DNA of 64,000 nucleotides from Escherichia coli (GTDB lineage Bacteria; Pseudomonadota; Gammaproteobacteria; Enterobacterales; Enterobacteriaceae): NCBI RefSeq assembly GCF_017348835.2, contig NZ_CP071375.1; one strand, 5' to 3'. Shown piece by piece: positions 63,090 to 64,000 of this stretch (position 1 is its first letter; each line of letters starts with the position of its first letter). The notes under the pieces were generated by a model. It saw only the letters and a program-made list of their open reading frames with translations, ran no database searches and was not told where the DNA came from. The position numbers and the translations under genes were made by a program.

Positions 63090-64000
63090 CTAAAAATTGC
63101 CGAGGGGGAACAAGGCCGGGAGCTGCGACAACAAATATAAAATTAGCCCAATACAACCGCCAACCAGCGTACCGTTGACACGGATAAACTGCAGATCTTT
63201 GCCGATATTTAACTCGATTTGCCGCGACATATCCCGCGCATCCCAGCTTTTTACTGTATCGCTGATGTGGCGCGTCAGGAATGCGGAAAACTCAGGCGCG
63301 ACGCGGTGCGCGGCTTGTTCCAGGTGACCATTTAACGACGCCCGTAAGGCATCATCGGCAATTAATGTTTCGCCAAACCATTGACCCGCCCGCGCGATAC
63401 GTTCTTTCACACGAGAATCTTCACTGTTGATATCCGCTTTCAGCCATTCCCGTAAATCCCCCCACAATTCACTGAGATAGCGGTTAAAAGCTTCATCTTC
63501 TTTCAGATAACTTTTTACGGCATCGGCTCGCGCTGCCATTTCCGGATCGTTTTTCAACTTGTCGATCAGGGCAAAAGTGGCGCGATCAAACGCATGGCGG
63601 ATCTGATGTGCACGATCGCGGCTGATATCATCAAGCAAAGAATTCACCGCGTCAGAAACCAACTCCGCGCTATGTTCGCCCAGCCATTCAGTAGGCAAAA
63701 TTTTGGCTTTCAGCGGATGCTCGCTCTCCAGCCAGCGAACAATTTGCTGGGCAATAAACTTGCGCGATTTATCGCGCTGGAGAAGAGCAATCAACTGCGC
63801 GATCAGCGTATCCAGCAGCACCTGATGACGATCGTTTTTGGTCATACTCTCCAGCATCAACGCACTGGTGCCGGAAAGATCGACCTTATCAATCGCCCGA
63901 TGGACCGCGCGCTTAAGCAGGCGCTGAATACGCGCATCATCGGTCAGTTCAAGAAAACCGCTCATGATCTGCAACAGATGCTGACCAACGCGGCGGGCGT
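63090..64000 (-). CDS. yjiN: DUF445-family protein YjiN, partial (N-terminus beyond the window end)
   Basis: Open frame continues to the window edge; C-terminal TM segment ...[25 protein letters not shown]. Confidence 0.75.
   Translation of the reverse strand, partial: ARRVGQHLLQIMSGFLELTDDARIQRLLKRAVHRAIDKVDLSGTSALMLESMTKNDRHQVLLDTLIAQLIALLQRDKSRKFIAQQIVRWLESEHPLKAKILPTEWLGEHSAELVSDAVNSLLDDISRDRAHQIRHAFDRATFALIDKLKNDPEMAARADAVKSYLKEDEAFNRYLSELWGDLREWLKADINSEDSRVKERIARAGQWFGETLIADDALRASLNGHLEQAAHRVAPEFSAFLTRHISDTVKSWDARDMSRQIELNIGKDLQFIRVNGTLVGGCIGLILYLLSQLPALFPLGNF

Overview
This window reads as an Escherichia coli chromosomal segment (K-12-like gene order, roughly yjgK/tabA through yjiN) with about 45 kb of conserved core genes interrupted by a tRNA-leuX-associated accessory island at about 16.4-33.7 kb. 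Core genes recognised from the translated ORFs: argI, rraB, yjgM, yjgN, valS, holC, pepA, lptF, lptG, yjgR, ahr, then nanS-nanM-nanC, the fim operon (fimB, fimE, fimS switch, fimA-I-C-D-F-G-H), gntP, uxuA-uxuB-uxuR, yjiC, iraD, hypT, iadA, yjiG, yjiH, kptA, yjiJ, yjiK, yjiL, yjiM and partial yjiN. The island has no integrase next to leuX. It carries two AT-rich genes of unknown function directly after leuX (one tentatively Abi/HEPN-like, a candidate defence gene), a defective IS911 with a nested IS30, a yjhV-like fragment, the complete fecIRABCDE ferric-citrate system, an IS1 copy, an IS3-family remnant, a truncated secreted-protein gene and an McrA-like HNH endonuclease next to nanS. No CRISPR array or rRNA is present; leuX is the only tRNA. 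The most notable observations are the integrase-less leuX island with its candidate defence genes, the HNH nuclease at the island edge, a frameshifted fimA with fimS apparently in the OFF orientation, a yjgL split at a T7 tract, and the missing idn operon between yjgR and ahr. All assignments rest on reading the sequence and recalled protein families; no database search was run.
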